Source: a virus
Virus record (IMG/VR): IMGVR_UViG_3300034102_002082
Span: 32,001-96,000 of that record
DNA length: 64,000 bases
Strand: one strand, 5' to 3'
Below the pieces are notes generated by a model. The model did no database searches and was not told the origin of the DNA. It was given only the letters and a program-made list of their open reading frames with translations. Both the position numbers and the translations under genes were made by a program. Below, in pieces: positions 1-8,848 of this stretch. Numbering within the stretch: position 1 is the first letter of the stretch; the number at the start of each line of letters is the position of its first letter.

Positions 1-122
1 AGAAACTAGGGATAAGCAAAAGAGGTATTTCGGCAAAACAAATAAACTTTTTGAAGAGTGCTTTGCGGAAATCGTTAGAGAAAACGATAGATAGTATTCC
101 TGTTGGTTACTGGAATCCTTGA
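1..122 (+). CDS. 3' end of a gene entering from the left edge (hypothetical)
   Basis: Frame starting at 3 is open (KLGISKRG...VGYWNP) to TGA at 120-122, abutting the convergent lysozyme stop. Confidence 0.45.
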   Translation, partial: KLGISKRGISAKQINFLKSALRKSLEKTIDSIPVGYWNP

Positions 123-725
123 TTATACCAAATTCTTAAAGAACTGTATATAATCTCTGGCTCGCTTTCCCGTTTGTTTTGCCCACTTACTGTCGGCTAA
201 TTCAGCCGATGCTGATTTCCAGTCCTTATTTGCTATAGCCGATCTGAAATCGTTGAATTTTTGGATTCCACCTCTCCCCATATTGAATGTCAACGATACT
301 AGTTTTATCTTGACTTCTTTTGGTAAGGTATCGAAGTTATGAAATACTCGTTTGGTATCCGATATAGCTTGTTCTAAATCTTTCTTAAAAAACGAATCTA
401 CTTCGGACTCGGTATACGTAGATTTTACCGGTTCCCCCTTTTCGAACTTGTGACCTATACCGACAGTCTTGTATCCCATACTATCAATATAAGTACTTTT
501 CTTATGCCCCTCATACTCAACGAAATGTTTTTTATAATCATCAAATGATGGATTGCTGTTTGATGTTTTTGAAAAATCTATATTTTTATTTGTATATATA
601 TCTGACTTCTTATCTTGTTGCTTTACTTGATGAATAGGAACATTCTTAGTTGGTCCATCGAAGCTAACCATAGGTGGTGGAAGATCTAGTTCTTTTAATA
701 TATCCTTTAGTTTTATAATTTCCAT
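123..725 (-). CDS. GH24 (T4-lysozyme-like) muramidase with N-terminal extension
   Basis: EGHKKSTYIDSMGYKTVGIGH gives the E-x8-D-x5-T triad; FNMG and SKWAKQTGKRA match the T4 lysozyme C-terminal motifs; about 60-aa N-terminal leader/linker. Confidence 0.9.
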   Translation of the reverse strand: MEIIKLKDILKELDLPPPMVSFDGPTKNVPIHQVKQQDKKSDIYTNKNIDFSKTSNSNPSFDDYKKHFVEYEGHKKSTYIDSMGYKTVGIGHKFEKGEPVKSTYTESEVDSFFKKDLEQAISDTKRVFHNFDTLPKEVKIKLVSLTFNMGRGGIQKFNDFRSAIANKDWKSASAELADSKWAKQTGKRARDYIQFFKNLV

Positions 726-732
726 ATTTTAT

Positions 733-761
733 ATAAGTATTGCTGGAATGCTAATATTTAT
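733..761. promoter_or_regulatory. Divergent pair of putative late-promoter motifs (ATACTTAT on -, ATATTTAT on +)
   Basis: Motifs at 733-740 (-) and 754-761 (+), each 6-7 nt before an ATG; the motif recurs before many other genes. Confidence 0.6.
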
Positions 762-767
762 GTTAAT

Positions 768-2003
768 ATGACAATACCAGTTCAAGATAAAGTTAGATAT
801 CCGGGTTCAGCGTCCTTTTTACCTGGCTCCGGTTCTACACCATACGGTTATTTCGATAACGACCCTCACTTCCAATCATCGATAGTCAGTGCTACTAAGT
901 GGGCAGCAACTAGTATGGGGTATCCTATCGTTGATATAGAATTGGTCGATGTAAACTTTTTCTCAAGATTCGAAGAAGCTGTTCTCGAATATGGTGCGCA
1001 GGTAAATCAATTTAATATTCGCAATAATATGTATTTATTGCAGGGACAATCTACCAGTAACAGAGTTACACAAAAAAATATACAGGGTTCTGGTGTAGTA
1101 TATCAATCATCATTGGCGCAAGACTATGGTGTTGAATTGGGTGTTGGTGGCAACGTTGACTGGAAGCGTGGACATTTTGCTACACAAACTGGCAGCGATG
1201 GTGGTTACCGTCAATTATATGATCTACAAGCCATATGGGGAGACTCGGTGGAAAGCGGGTCTAGAATAGAAATAAAACGAGTATTTCATAGTATGCCACC
1301 AGCCTCTGCTAGAATATACGATCCATTCTCTATGACTGGTATGAGTTATAGTAATATAATGAACGAAATGGGATTTGCTGGGTATTCTCCAGCAACACAG
1401 TTCTTAATGACTCCTATATTCGAGGATCTTTTACGTATGCAAGCTATTGAGTTTAACGATATCGTCAGAAAGAGTGCATATTCCTTCGAACTAGTAAACA
1501 ACAAGTTAAGAATATTTCCTACTCCATCGTATACGCATAATATCTACTTTGAATATGTAGTCAAGAAAGATGTCATAGAAAATATATATTTTCCAGCTGG
1601 CTCAAACCTGATTACTAGTTCAGCTGCAAATTATTATACTGATACACAAGGTTCTGGTATAGTCGGTGACTATAGTAATGCGCCATATGATATTATCCCA
1701 TTTATTGACATAAATTCCGTTGGTCGCCAGTGGATAAATAAATATTTCTTGGCATTATGCAAAGAAATGTTAGGTGGAATAAGACAGAAATACATGACCA
1801 TCCCTATTCCCGGTTCAGAAATAACATTGGATGGTGCTGAACTTAGACAAGAAGCAGCAGCTGAAAAGACGGAATTGATAAATCAACTTCGCGAAAATTT
1901 AGAAGCTACAGGAAGATCGGCCCAGATGGAAAAGCAAGCACAACAAGCCGAGCAACTTCAACAAACATTAAAGGTGTCTCCTCTATATATTTATATAGGT
2001 TGA
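768..2003 (+). CDS. Neck/head-completion protein (gp13-like)
   Basis: MGYPIVDIEL near the N-terminus, ALCKEMLGGIRQKY and LDGAELRQEA near the C-terminus; first gene of the neck-sheath block. Confidence 0.7.
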   Translation: MTIPVQDKVRYPGSASFLPGSGSTPYGYFDNDPHFQSSIVSATKWAATSMGYPIVDIELVDVNFFSRFEEAVLEYGAQVNQFNIRNNMYLLQGQSTSNRVTQKNIQGSGVVYQSSLAQDYGVELGVGGNVDWKRGHFATQTGSDGGYRQLYDLQAIWGDSVESGSRIEIKRVFHSMPPASARIYDPFSMTGMSYSNIMNEMGFAGYSPATQFLMTPIFEDLLRMQAIEFNDIVRKSAYSFELVNNKLRIFPTPSYTHNIYFEYVVKKDVIENIYFPAGSNLITSSAANYYTDTQGSGIVGDYSNAPYDIIPFIDINSVGRQWINKYFLALCKEMLGGIRQKYMTIPIPGSEITLDGAELRQEAAAEKTELINQLRENLEATGRSAQMEKQAQQAEQLQQTLKVSPLYIYIG

Positions 2004-2006
2004 CAT

Positions 2007-2038
2007 AAAAAATGGGACTAATTTAATAGTCCCATTTT
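2007..2038. terminator. Bidirectional intrinsic terminator
   Basis: AAAATGGGACTA-6nt-TAGTCCCATTTT between convergent genes. Confidence 0.75.
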
Positions 2039-2045
2039 ACTTAGA

Positions 2046-2315
2046 TTACGATTCCTCTGTCGTATCTACTACAACTTTCGGTCTGCGCTCGTTCTTATCA
2101 GTATCGGATACGTTCAAGACAGACTTGACGAATTTCCGGATTCTTCCCTTTGAAAAGGGAACCTTAACGTCCTTGATTTCTTTCTTTCCAGTAACTTTGT
2201 TAGTTACTTCTACACTTTCCAAAAAAGATGTTTTTGGCATAGTCTTGATAGACTCGATCATTCTCTTGTTCCAGCGTGCTCGTGTTCCCGTTGGGAAGTA
2301 TGTTAGATGTGACAT
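2046..2315 (-). CDS. Small basic hypothetical protein
   Basis: 89-aa ORF with its own sigma70-like promoter and a terminator. Confidence 0.65.
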   Translation of the reverse strand: MSHLTYFPTGTRARWNKRMIESIKTMPKTSFLESVEVTNKVTGKKEIKDVKVPFSKGRIRKFVKSVLNVSDTDKNERRPKVVVDTTEES

Positions 2316-2348
2316 ATAGTTAATGTGTTATTTTTTGTTTACTTTCCC

Positions 2349-2376
2349 AATATATATAACTTAACACAGAAAGCAA
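2349..2376 (-). promoter_or_regulatory. Sigma70-like promoter TTGCTT-N16-TATATT
   Basis: Hexamers at 2376-2371 and 2354-2349. Confidence 0.5.
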
Positions 2377-2409
2377 GACATTTTTCTTAAAACAAACATA
2401 TTTATTCGT

Positions 2410-2874
2410 ATGCAAAGAGGAAAATATATATCGTCCAGAGATTTTAAACTCTTCACCAGTGTCAATAATGAACTGATGGATGATGTTATGGAAATAATAG
2501 TTTCTATCTTTAAGATATCACCAGAAACACAAACTAATATTTATGGTGAGGTTTCGCAGAAGACTGGTAAATGGTATTATTCTCCTATAGAGGTATCATC
2601 TATACCGGAGAGACCGGAAATGACCAGTGATGATGAAGGTTTCGGTGTTAATAGAAGCCAGACACATATATTTAAGTTTTTGGAATCGGAACTAAAGCGT
2701 ATCAATTTTTATCCAGAGCACGGAGATTTAATATTGTACAATGACAAGTATTTTGAAATAAATAACGTAGTTCAGGAGCAATTGCTTGGTGGACAACCAG
2801 ATAAGTCTTTTTCTATAATATGTAATGCACAATACACGACATTGAGTTCAATCCAAATCGTCCCTAGAATATAA
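2410..2874 (+). CDS. Neck/head-closure protein (gp14-like)
   Basis: TNIYGE and FYPEHGDLILYNDKYFEI motifs; synteny with gp13- and gp15-like genes. Confidence 0.65.
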   Translation: MQRGKYISSRDFKLFTSVNNELMDDVMEIIVSIFKISPETQTNIYGEVSQKTGKWYYSPIEVSSIPERPEMTSDDEGFGVNRSQTHIFKFLESELKRINFYPEHGDLILYNDKYFEINNVVQEQLLGGQPDKSFSIICNAQYTTLSSIQIVPRI

Positions 2875-2878
2875 TATT

Positions 2879-3787
2879 ATGGCATGGAAAGGAAGCAAGT
2901 CTAACAATAACGTACCGAACAATTTCAATAATGAAATTGGTTATACTGGTTCGCCTATATCAGTAAATAGAGAAGAACAGTTAAAAATATGGGATAAATT
3001 TCCGGATGTTACTATGGATCTCTATCGTATCGATGAGACCATATTAAAACATATAAATGTTGCATTGTCACCAACTGTTCTCGATAATGGCAATATGATA
3101 AAAGTTCCAGTCATGTTGGGTTCTCCTGAGAGATGGGCGTCGGTGAAGAAAGATGGGATCTTTCGGGATCAGAACGGGAAAATACAAAAACCATTGATAA
3201 TGTTCAAGCGTAGTGGAGTAGCAAAAAATGATCAGTTCATGATGTTTAATAGACATATATCATACACTTTCCAGAGAAAATATTCCGAGAAAAATCAATA
3301 TGATCAGTTTTCTGTACTCAACAAAACAAGAACAGAACAACCAGTTACGGAATTTTATAGTGTGACCACACCTGACCATGTAATAGTCACATATGAGTTC
3401 GTGATATGGACCGATTCCACCGAGCAGAATAATGAATTGATACAATTATTCAATTTCGCCACACATGAATATTGGGGAGAAAAGAATAAATATAAATTTA
3501 GAACAGAGATATCGGATTTTTCTAATCAAGTTGAAGTTCCATCCGATCAAGATAGGGTTATTAAGACTACATTCAATTTAACTGTGTATGCTCATTTACT
3601 CCCAGAAAAATTTGAAAACAATAAATTGACTGTCCAGCAGATGATATCACCGAAAAAGATAGTAATAAAAGAGAATGTGTTTGGTATACAACCTACACAA
3701 ACCACTGGCGTGTCAAATGAGTTCGTTAATCCAAACAAGAATAAAGCAAATAATCCAAACGTTTCTCCGATAAAATTTATAGAATAA
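2879..3787 (+). CDS. Tail terminator/sheath stabiliser (gp15-like)
   Basis: IKVPVMLGSPERW and KPLIMFKR motifs; lies just upstream of the sheath gene. Confidence 0.65.
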   Translation: MAWKGSKSNNNVPNNFNNEIGYTGSPISVNREEQLKIWDKFPDVTMDLYRIDETILKHINVALSPTVLDNGNMIKVPVMLGSPERWASVKKDGIFRDQNGKIQKPLIMFKRSGVAKNDQFMMFNRHISYTFQRKYSEKNQYDQFSVLNKTRTEQPVTEFYSVTTPDHVIVTYEFVIWTDSTEQNNELIQLFNFATHEYWGEKNKYKFRTEISDFSNQVEVPSDQDRVIKTTFNLTVYAHLLPEKFENNKLTVQQMISPKKIVIKENVFGIQPTQTTGVSNEFVNPNKNKANNPNVSPIKFIE

Positions 3788-3822
3788 TGTTGTTTTGGAA
3801 TTCTATATATACTTATATATAT

Positions 3823-4098
3823 ATGGAAAAAACACCTATACAATTATCGAAAGAGGAACTTGACAATATTAATGACATCGGAAATTCATACCGAAACACG
3901 GTTATGAAATTTGGAGAATTACAGTTAGAAAAAATTGAAATTCAACACCTAATAGAAACACTTAACCAACGCGAAGAAAAATTGGTCGGTGATATAAACG
4001 AGTTAAAGGTTAAAGAAAAAACAGCAATAAATTCAATACTAGAGAAATACGGAGAAGGCTCATTATCTCTAAAAGATGGTACTTTCATACCAGCGTAA
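3823..4098 (+). CDS. Hypothetical coiled-coil protein
   Basis: Start moved to ATG 3823 (MEKTPIQ), just after ATACTTAT at 3809-3816; ends KYGEGSLSLKDGTFIP. Confidence 0.75.
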   Translation: MEKTPIQLSKEELDNINDIGNSYRNTVMKFGELQLEKIEIQHLIETLNQREEKLVGDINELKVKEKTAINSILEKYGEGSLSLKDGTFIPA

Positions 4099-4202
4099 CA
4101 TTATCAAATTTTTTTAAATAAAAAATATAATTTTGATTTTTGTTGGAATATTTATATTTAGCAACAGATCAATATTTTCAACAATAAAAGGAACCATAAA
4201 AT

Positions 4203-7184
4203 ATGCCAATACAAGAAGGTGGAAGATTCACACCAAATGCACAAATAGTATCTCCAGGTGTTTTCACCAGAGAATTAGACCAATCATTTCTGTCACAGGG
4301 AGTTGATTCAATCGGTGGAGCAATTGTTGCTCCATTCTCAAAGGGACCAGCGTTCTCACCAACAAAAATAACCACACAAGGAGATCTAGAAGCAGTATTC
4401 GGTGCTCCAGATGGTGTATTATACGGGCCATATACCGCTCAACAATATTTACAGGAACAGGGAGTAGTAACTATTGTTCGTACTGGTGGTCTTGGTGGAT
4501 ACAATCAACAAGCACCATTAGCAATAGTTGCTCAACCTGGTCAATACACAAGATTCACTGAGTCCGGTTCCTATAGTGGAAGTTTGGTTAATGTTGTTGT
4601 CACCACTAGCGGAAGCGTATCCGCATCGTTGAGTGGAACTATATACGGACAATTCTATAGCGGAGTTTATTCCGGTTCAAATATACAGATCGGAACTATT
4701 AGTGCATCAATAATTGACCCACAAATAAGCGCATCTATTCTTATTAGCGGATCATTGACTGCAATTGCTATATCTGGGTCAAGTATCGGTCATACAGGAG
4801 CACTATTAACTACGGTAAAAATAACATCATCCAATCTATGTGGAAATGTAGTTTATTTCGCGTCTGGTTCATTAAACGGAGCATACGGATTGCTAAACCC
4901 AGCAGCATTCGTTCCTGAAGGGGTAGATTACGTTGATGATTGTGGTTTATTGGTAACTGGTTCATCGACCAGAAGAGAAAAAGTATTGGCTGTTCTAGCG
5001 AACACCGCTTATGATACTGGTCAAAATCTATATGGTTTCTCTGGATCTGTCCTTACTTCTGGTTCATCGATATCCGCAGACTTCTCATTGACGCTAAATA
5101 CTGCTCGTCTCGATTCCAATACTGGATTGGTTCTTTCCTCTTCATATGGAACTTACAGCTTCTCGTTAGATAGTTCTTCACCAAAGTATATTACAAATGT
5201 ATTTGGTAGCGATCCGAAGGCTGGATTTATCCCTGTCGCTGTTGGTGCTAAGATAGAAGCAGCTTACACATACAAGCTATTCGAAAATTCTATAGACACC
5301 GTAATTCCACAGTTGGTTGATTCTGGTTCATGGAGAATTTCTGTTCGTCCAGTAACTAACGGTCTAAAGTTTGTCCAAGATGGTGTTACTACTGGCTTAG
5401 AAGACTCAGCTTATGATATTACAAACGCATATACCCCATGGATTAACTCACAAAAAGTTGCTCCGTTCAGCGGTTCAGTTGGTTCTCCTTCAACAACGAG
5501 CTATAACTTGTTCAAGGTACATACTATGACAGACGGAACAAATTCGAATACCTTATACAAGGTCGAAATCTCCAACGTAAAGTCTGCTGGAACAGTTCCT
5601 GGTTCAGATTATGGTACATTTACATTAGCTGTCAGAGATTATACCGATACCGACAAGAAACCGGTATATCTAGAAATCTACCAGAACTTAAATCTAAATC
5701 CAGATTCTGCCGACTTTATTGCTCGCAAGATCGGTGATCGTTATAGCTATATAAACGCTAACGGGAAGATTCTAGAATTCGGTGATTACTCAAATCAGAG
5801 TCGTTACATCAGAGTCGAGATGACTAATAGCCCATATCCAAAATCATCGATCCCATACGGATTCGATGCTTACGCTACACCAACTGGTGGATCTTTGGTA
5901 ACCGTAAAAGCATTCCCAAAGATGACTTTTACTAGCGCATCAACATATAGCAAACAGACTGGAAAATATTGCTCAGGTATAGTATTCCAATCAGCACCAG
6001 CTGGGGCAGATGCTGAACTTTCTGCGCTATATCCAGAAGGATCATCAGAAGGTTCTGAAAGAGACAACAAGACTTACTTTGCTCCATTACCAATCGGTTC
6101 TGGTGTCGGTCAGAATGTCGCCTTCGATTTACAAGATGTATGTGGAATAGAATCTGTTGATACAGCATCAACCAGCGTAACTAACGCAAAACAAAGAAAA
6201 TTCATTCTAGGTTTCCAAGGTGGATTTGACGGTGCATCACCATCTGTTCCAGTTCTTGTCGGAAATGACATAATTTCTACAAACCAACAGGGCTTCGATT
6301 GTTCTACTAATCAGAGCGTCGGTTCATATTCGTATATGCAATGTCTAAACGCATTGAGTAATGCGGACGAATTCGATATAAATCTCCTAGTAACCCCTGG
6401 TCTACTATATGAATATAACCCATACTTGATTTCACAAGGTGTTGAGCTATGTGAAACTCGTGGAGATTGTTTCTATATTCTAGATTCTGCCGCAAATAAA
6501 ACCGCTGGTGCTGCTGCTCTTGACAGTGTTGTTGCTCTAGCTGCTGAATTTGATACTAGCTACGCTGCTACTTATTACCCATGGGTAAAGATTCGTGATG
6601 TTAATAGCAACAAGATAATCACTGTTCCACCATCAGTCGTACTACCAGCAGTCTATGCTGCTAACGATAGAGTTGGTGCAGAATGGTTCGCTCCTGCTGG
6701 TTTAACTCGCGGCGGAATTCAAACCGCTGTTCAGGTATGTGATAGATTGACACACGCAGATAGAGATGTTCTTTACTCTGGTCGCGTAAATCCAATCGCT
6801 GCATTTCCAGGACAAGGAATTTGTGTATGGGGTCAAAAGACATTGCAGGTTCAGCCAAGCGCATTGGACAGAGTTAATGTCCGTAGATTGTTAATAACAC
6901 TAAAGAAGTTCGTTGCAAGTTCCAGCAAGTTCTTGGTATTCGAACAGAATGTAACTACTACAAGAAACAAGTTCTTGAACCTAGTTAACCCATACCTACA
7001 ATCTGTTCAACAGCGTTCTGGTATCTATGCATTCAAGGTTGTTGGAGATGACTCAATCAATACTCCTGACATCGTTGATCGTAATATTCTGTACTTCCAA
7101 TTGTATATTCAACCATCAAAGACTGCTGAATTTATCATAGTAGACTTCAATATAACTCCTACCGGAGCATCATTTAACGCTTAA
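4203..7184 (+). CDS. gp18: Contractile tail sheath protein
   Basis: VSPGVFTRELD N-terminus; WFAPAGLTRG, WGQKTLQ, LDRVNVRRL and KTAEFI motifs. Confidence 0.95.
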   Translation: MPIQEGGRFTPNAQIVSPGVFTRELDQSFLSQGVDSIGGAIVAPFSKGPAFSPTKITTQGDLEAVFGAPDGVLYGPYTAQQYLQEQGVVTIVRTGGLGGYNQQAPLAIVAQPGQYTRFTESGSYSGSLVNVVVTTSGSVSASLSGTIYGQFYSGVYSGSNIQIGTISASIIDPQISASILISGSLTAIAISGSSIGHTGALLTTVKITSSNLCGNVVYFASGSLNGAYGLLNPAAFVPEGVDYVDDCGLLVTGSSTRREKVLAVLANTAYDTGQNLYGFSGSVLTSGSSISADFSLTLNTARLDSNTGLVLSSSYGTYSFSLDSSSPKYITNVFGSDPKAGFIPVAVGAKIEAAYTYKLFENSIDTVIPQLVDSGSWRISVRPVTNGLKFVQDGVTTGLEDSAYDITNAYTPWINSQKVAPFSGSVGSPSTTSYNLFKVHTMTDGTNSNTLYKVEISNVKSAGTVPGSDYGTFTLAVRDYTDTDKKPVYLEIYQNLNLNPDSADFIARKIGDRYSYINANGKILEFGDYSNQSRYIRVEMTNSPYPKSSIPYGFDAYATPTGGSLVTVKAFPKMTFTSASTYSKQTGKYCSGIVFQSAPAGADAELSALYPEGSSEGSERDNKTYFAPLPIGSGVGQNVAFDLQDVCGIESVDTASTSVTNAKQRKFILGFQGGFDGASPSVPVLVGNDIISTNQQGFDCSTNQSVGSYSYMQCLNALSNADEFDINLLVTPGLLYEYNPYLISQGVELCETRGDCFYILDSAANKTAGAAALDSVVALAAEFDTSYAATYYPWVKIRDVNSNKIITVPPSVVLPAVYAANDRVGAEWFAPAGLTRGGIQTAVQVCDRLTHADRDVLYSGRVNPIAAFPGQGICVWGQKTLQVQPSALDRVNVRRLLITLKKFVASSSKFLVFEQNVTTTRNKFLNLVNPYLQSVQQRSGIYAFKVVGDDSINTPDIVDRNILYFQLYIQPSKTAEFIIVDFNITPTGASFNA

Positions 7185-7202
7185 TAGTTAAATAATAAAA
7201 AC

Positions 7203-7234
7203 AAAAACTCCCACGTAATAGTGGGAGTTTTTTT
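7203..7234 (+). terminator. Intrinsic terminator after the sheath gene
   Basis: AAAAACTCCCAC-6nt-GTGGGAGTTTTTTT. Confidence 0.8.
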
Positions 7235-7267
7235 ATGTCCGCGTAACAACGATAGAAAGTGGACAAT

Positions 7268-7298
7268 AAAAAACTCCAATCGAAAGATTGGAGTTTTT
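7268..7298 (-). terminator. Intrinsic terminator after the tube gene
   Basis: AAAAACTCCAATC-GAAA-GATTGGAGTTTTT. Confidence 0.8.
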
Positions 7299-7320
7299 GA
7301 CGAGTATTTAAATTTAAAGA

Positions 7321-7812
7321 CTAGAATTGCAAGATTGCTTGATCGTAGGATATTGTGAGGTTAACCATTACCGGATCTCCACCACTTGCCCAATCCATCT
7401 GCCCACCGTCAAAGTTAGTAATGAATGCTCCTTGTAGAGTCCATTCTTCAACCTTGTCACCAACTGGTCCAAGAGCATTAAAAGTAATGTCCTTTTTGTA
7501 GAAATCGGAATAACCCATGCGACCAGTTACTGATTCGAAGCTTAGACGAATCCATTCCATAGCAGCTTGCGCAGCACTCGGAACGATTGGGTCATATAAA
7601 CTGATGGACAATTCCTGCCATTCTGGTTTACCAGCGATGTAACGCTTTAAGTTAATATGATCCAATGTAACTCTTGGGATCTGGAGTGATGGACGACTTG
7701 CCATCTTGATCATAAATGATGGAATGCCATCAATATACATGATGAAGCGATTAGCCATCTTTGGTTCGAAGTTTGCGCTGAATATTTCACTTTGGTCTAG
7801 TAGTTCTGCCAT
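7321..7812 (-). CDS. gp19: Tail tube protein
   Basis: FEPKMANRF, LYDPI, YKKDI and VEEWTLQGAF motifs of the T4-like tube family. Confidence 0.9.
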   Translation of the reverse strand: MAELLDQSEIFSANFEPKMANRFIMYIDGIPSFMIKMASRPSLQIPRVTLDHINLKRYIAGKPEWQELSISLYDPIVPSAAQAAMEWIRLSFESVTGRMGYSDFYKKDITFNALGPVGDKVEEWTLQGAFITNFDGGQMDWASGGDPVMVNLTISYDQAILQF

Positions 7813-7919
7813 AATTTTCCTTATATTTATTGTTTGTTGTTAAAGTTGTAAAAATAAATATATAGAATTTATATTTTTTATAGTAATAATAAACAGTTTC
7901 ATTATGTATTTATTATAAT

Positions 7920-8621
7920 ATGAAAGAAATATTATCTGATATTACTGAGAATGATTCATCTATATTGATAAAATCACCAGTTAAATTTTATTCTAAGTTA
8001 CATAAGTTGGCAATTGATATAGCTAACATGAACGAGAAAAAGAATAAGAATTCGAATAAAATGAAATCGTTGGCTTTCCATGGTATAGAATATATGCTAT
8101 TATTCCCAACGGAAGTAGCAAGAAAAGATACCGTGATATCCTACATCTTGGATAAGATATCACCAAACAATCATTATACTAATTATACAATAAAGAAAAT
8201 ATTGGAGAAGGAGTATAGAGTTTTCGCTAGAATCAATTCGTTCAGAACACTTGGTAGACCATCAATAAATTACGGGATTTTTATTGATAATGTTTTATAT
8301 TTTACGCTATCACTGAGAAAAATGTCTGACGGTTATGAGATAGTGAATTTCGTAAGAAAAAACGGTGAAGTATCCACGGTGATGTTTGACGTTATGTTCA
8401 ATGTATTTTTATTGGAGTATAAACCAAAATCAATTACGTATTTCGTGGATAGGAGAATTGACAGATATAATTATCTATTAAAAATTGGATTTAATGTCGT
8501 TGGATTTGGTCCACCTAGGTGGTATCTGATCAATGATAACATCATCGAGAGAAATACGAATGTATATGTCGGTAATAAGGTATGGGATTGTGGAACAATT
8601 AGGTTACAATGGAAAACTTAA
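7920..8621 (+). CDS. Degenerate Hef-like homing-endonuclease-related protein
   Basis: YKPKSITYFVDRR, YLLKIGF and KVWDCGTIRLQW resemble the C-terminal domain of phage Hef-like endonucleases. Confidence 0.5.
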   Translation: MKEILSDITENDSSILIKSPVKFYSKLHKLAIDIANMNEKKNKNSNKMKSLAFHGIEYMLLFPTEVARKDTVISYILDKISPNNHYTNYTIKKILEKEYRVFARINSFRTLGRPSINYGIFIDNVLYFTLSLRKMSDGYEIVNFVRKNGEVSTVMFDVMFNVFLLEYKPKSITYFVDRRIDRYNYLLKIGFNVVGFGPPRWYLINDNIIERNTNVYVGNKVWDCGTIRLQWKT

Positions 8622-8645
8622 TATTATTCATAATACTTATATATT

Positions 8646-8777
8646 ATGAAAATTGATGATAATGAAAAAGATGCTATGTTTTTCATAGCTGGGTGTTCTA
8701 CTATTATTTTATTACTAATCACTGCCGTTTTTACAATCGGTTGGTTGATTATAAAAAATATAATCCCACATTTATAA
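8646..8777 (+). CDS. 43-aa single-pass membrane protein (not in the ORF track)
   Basis: MKIDDNEKDAMFFIAGCSTIILLLITAVFTIGWLIIKNIIPHL; ATACTTAT 5 nt before the ATG. Confidence 0.6.
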   Translation: MKIDDNEKDAMFFIAGCSTIILLLITAVFTIGWLIIKNIIPHL

Positions 8778-8841
8778 GTGACAATATAATGTTAGTTAAT
8801 GTATCATTTATGATACAAGTAACAACATAATGTCACTTATA
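8773..8841. other. Long imperfect inverted repeat between convergent genes
   Basis: Outer stem TATAAGTGACA/TGTCACTTATA; inner stem TGTATCAT-TT-ATGATACA. Confidence 0.6.
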
Positions 8842-8848
8842 TGAGTAA

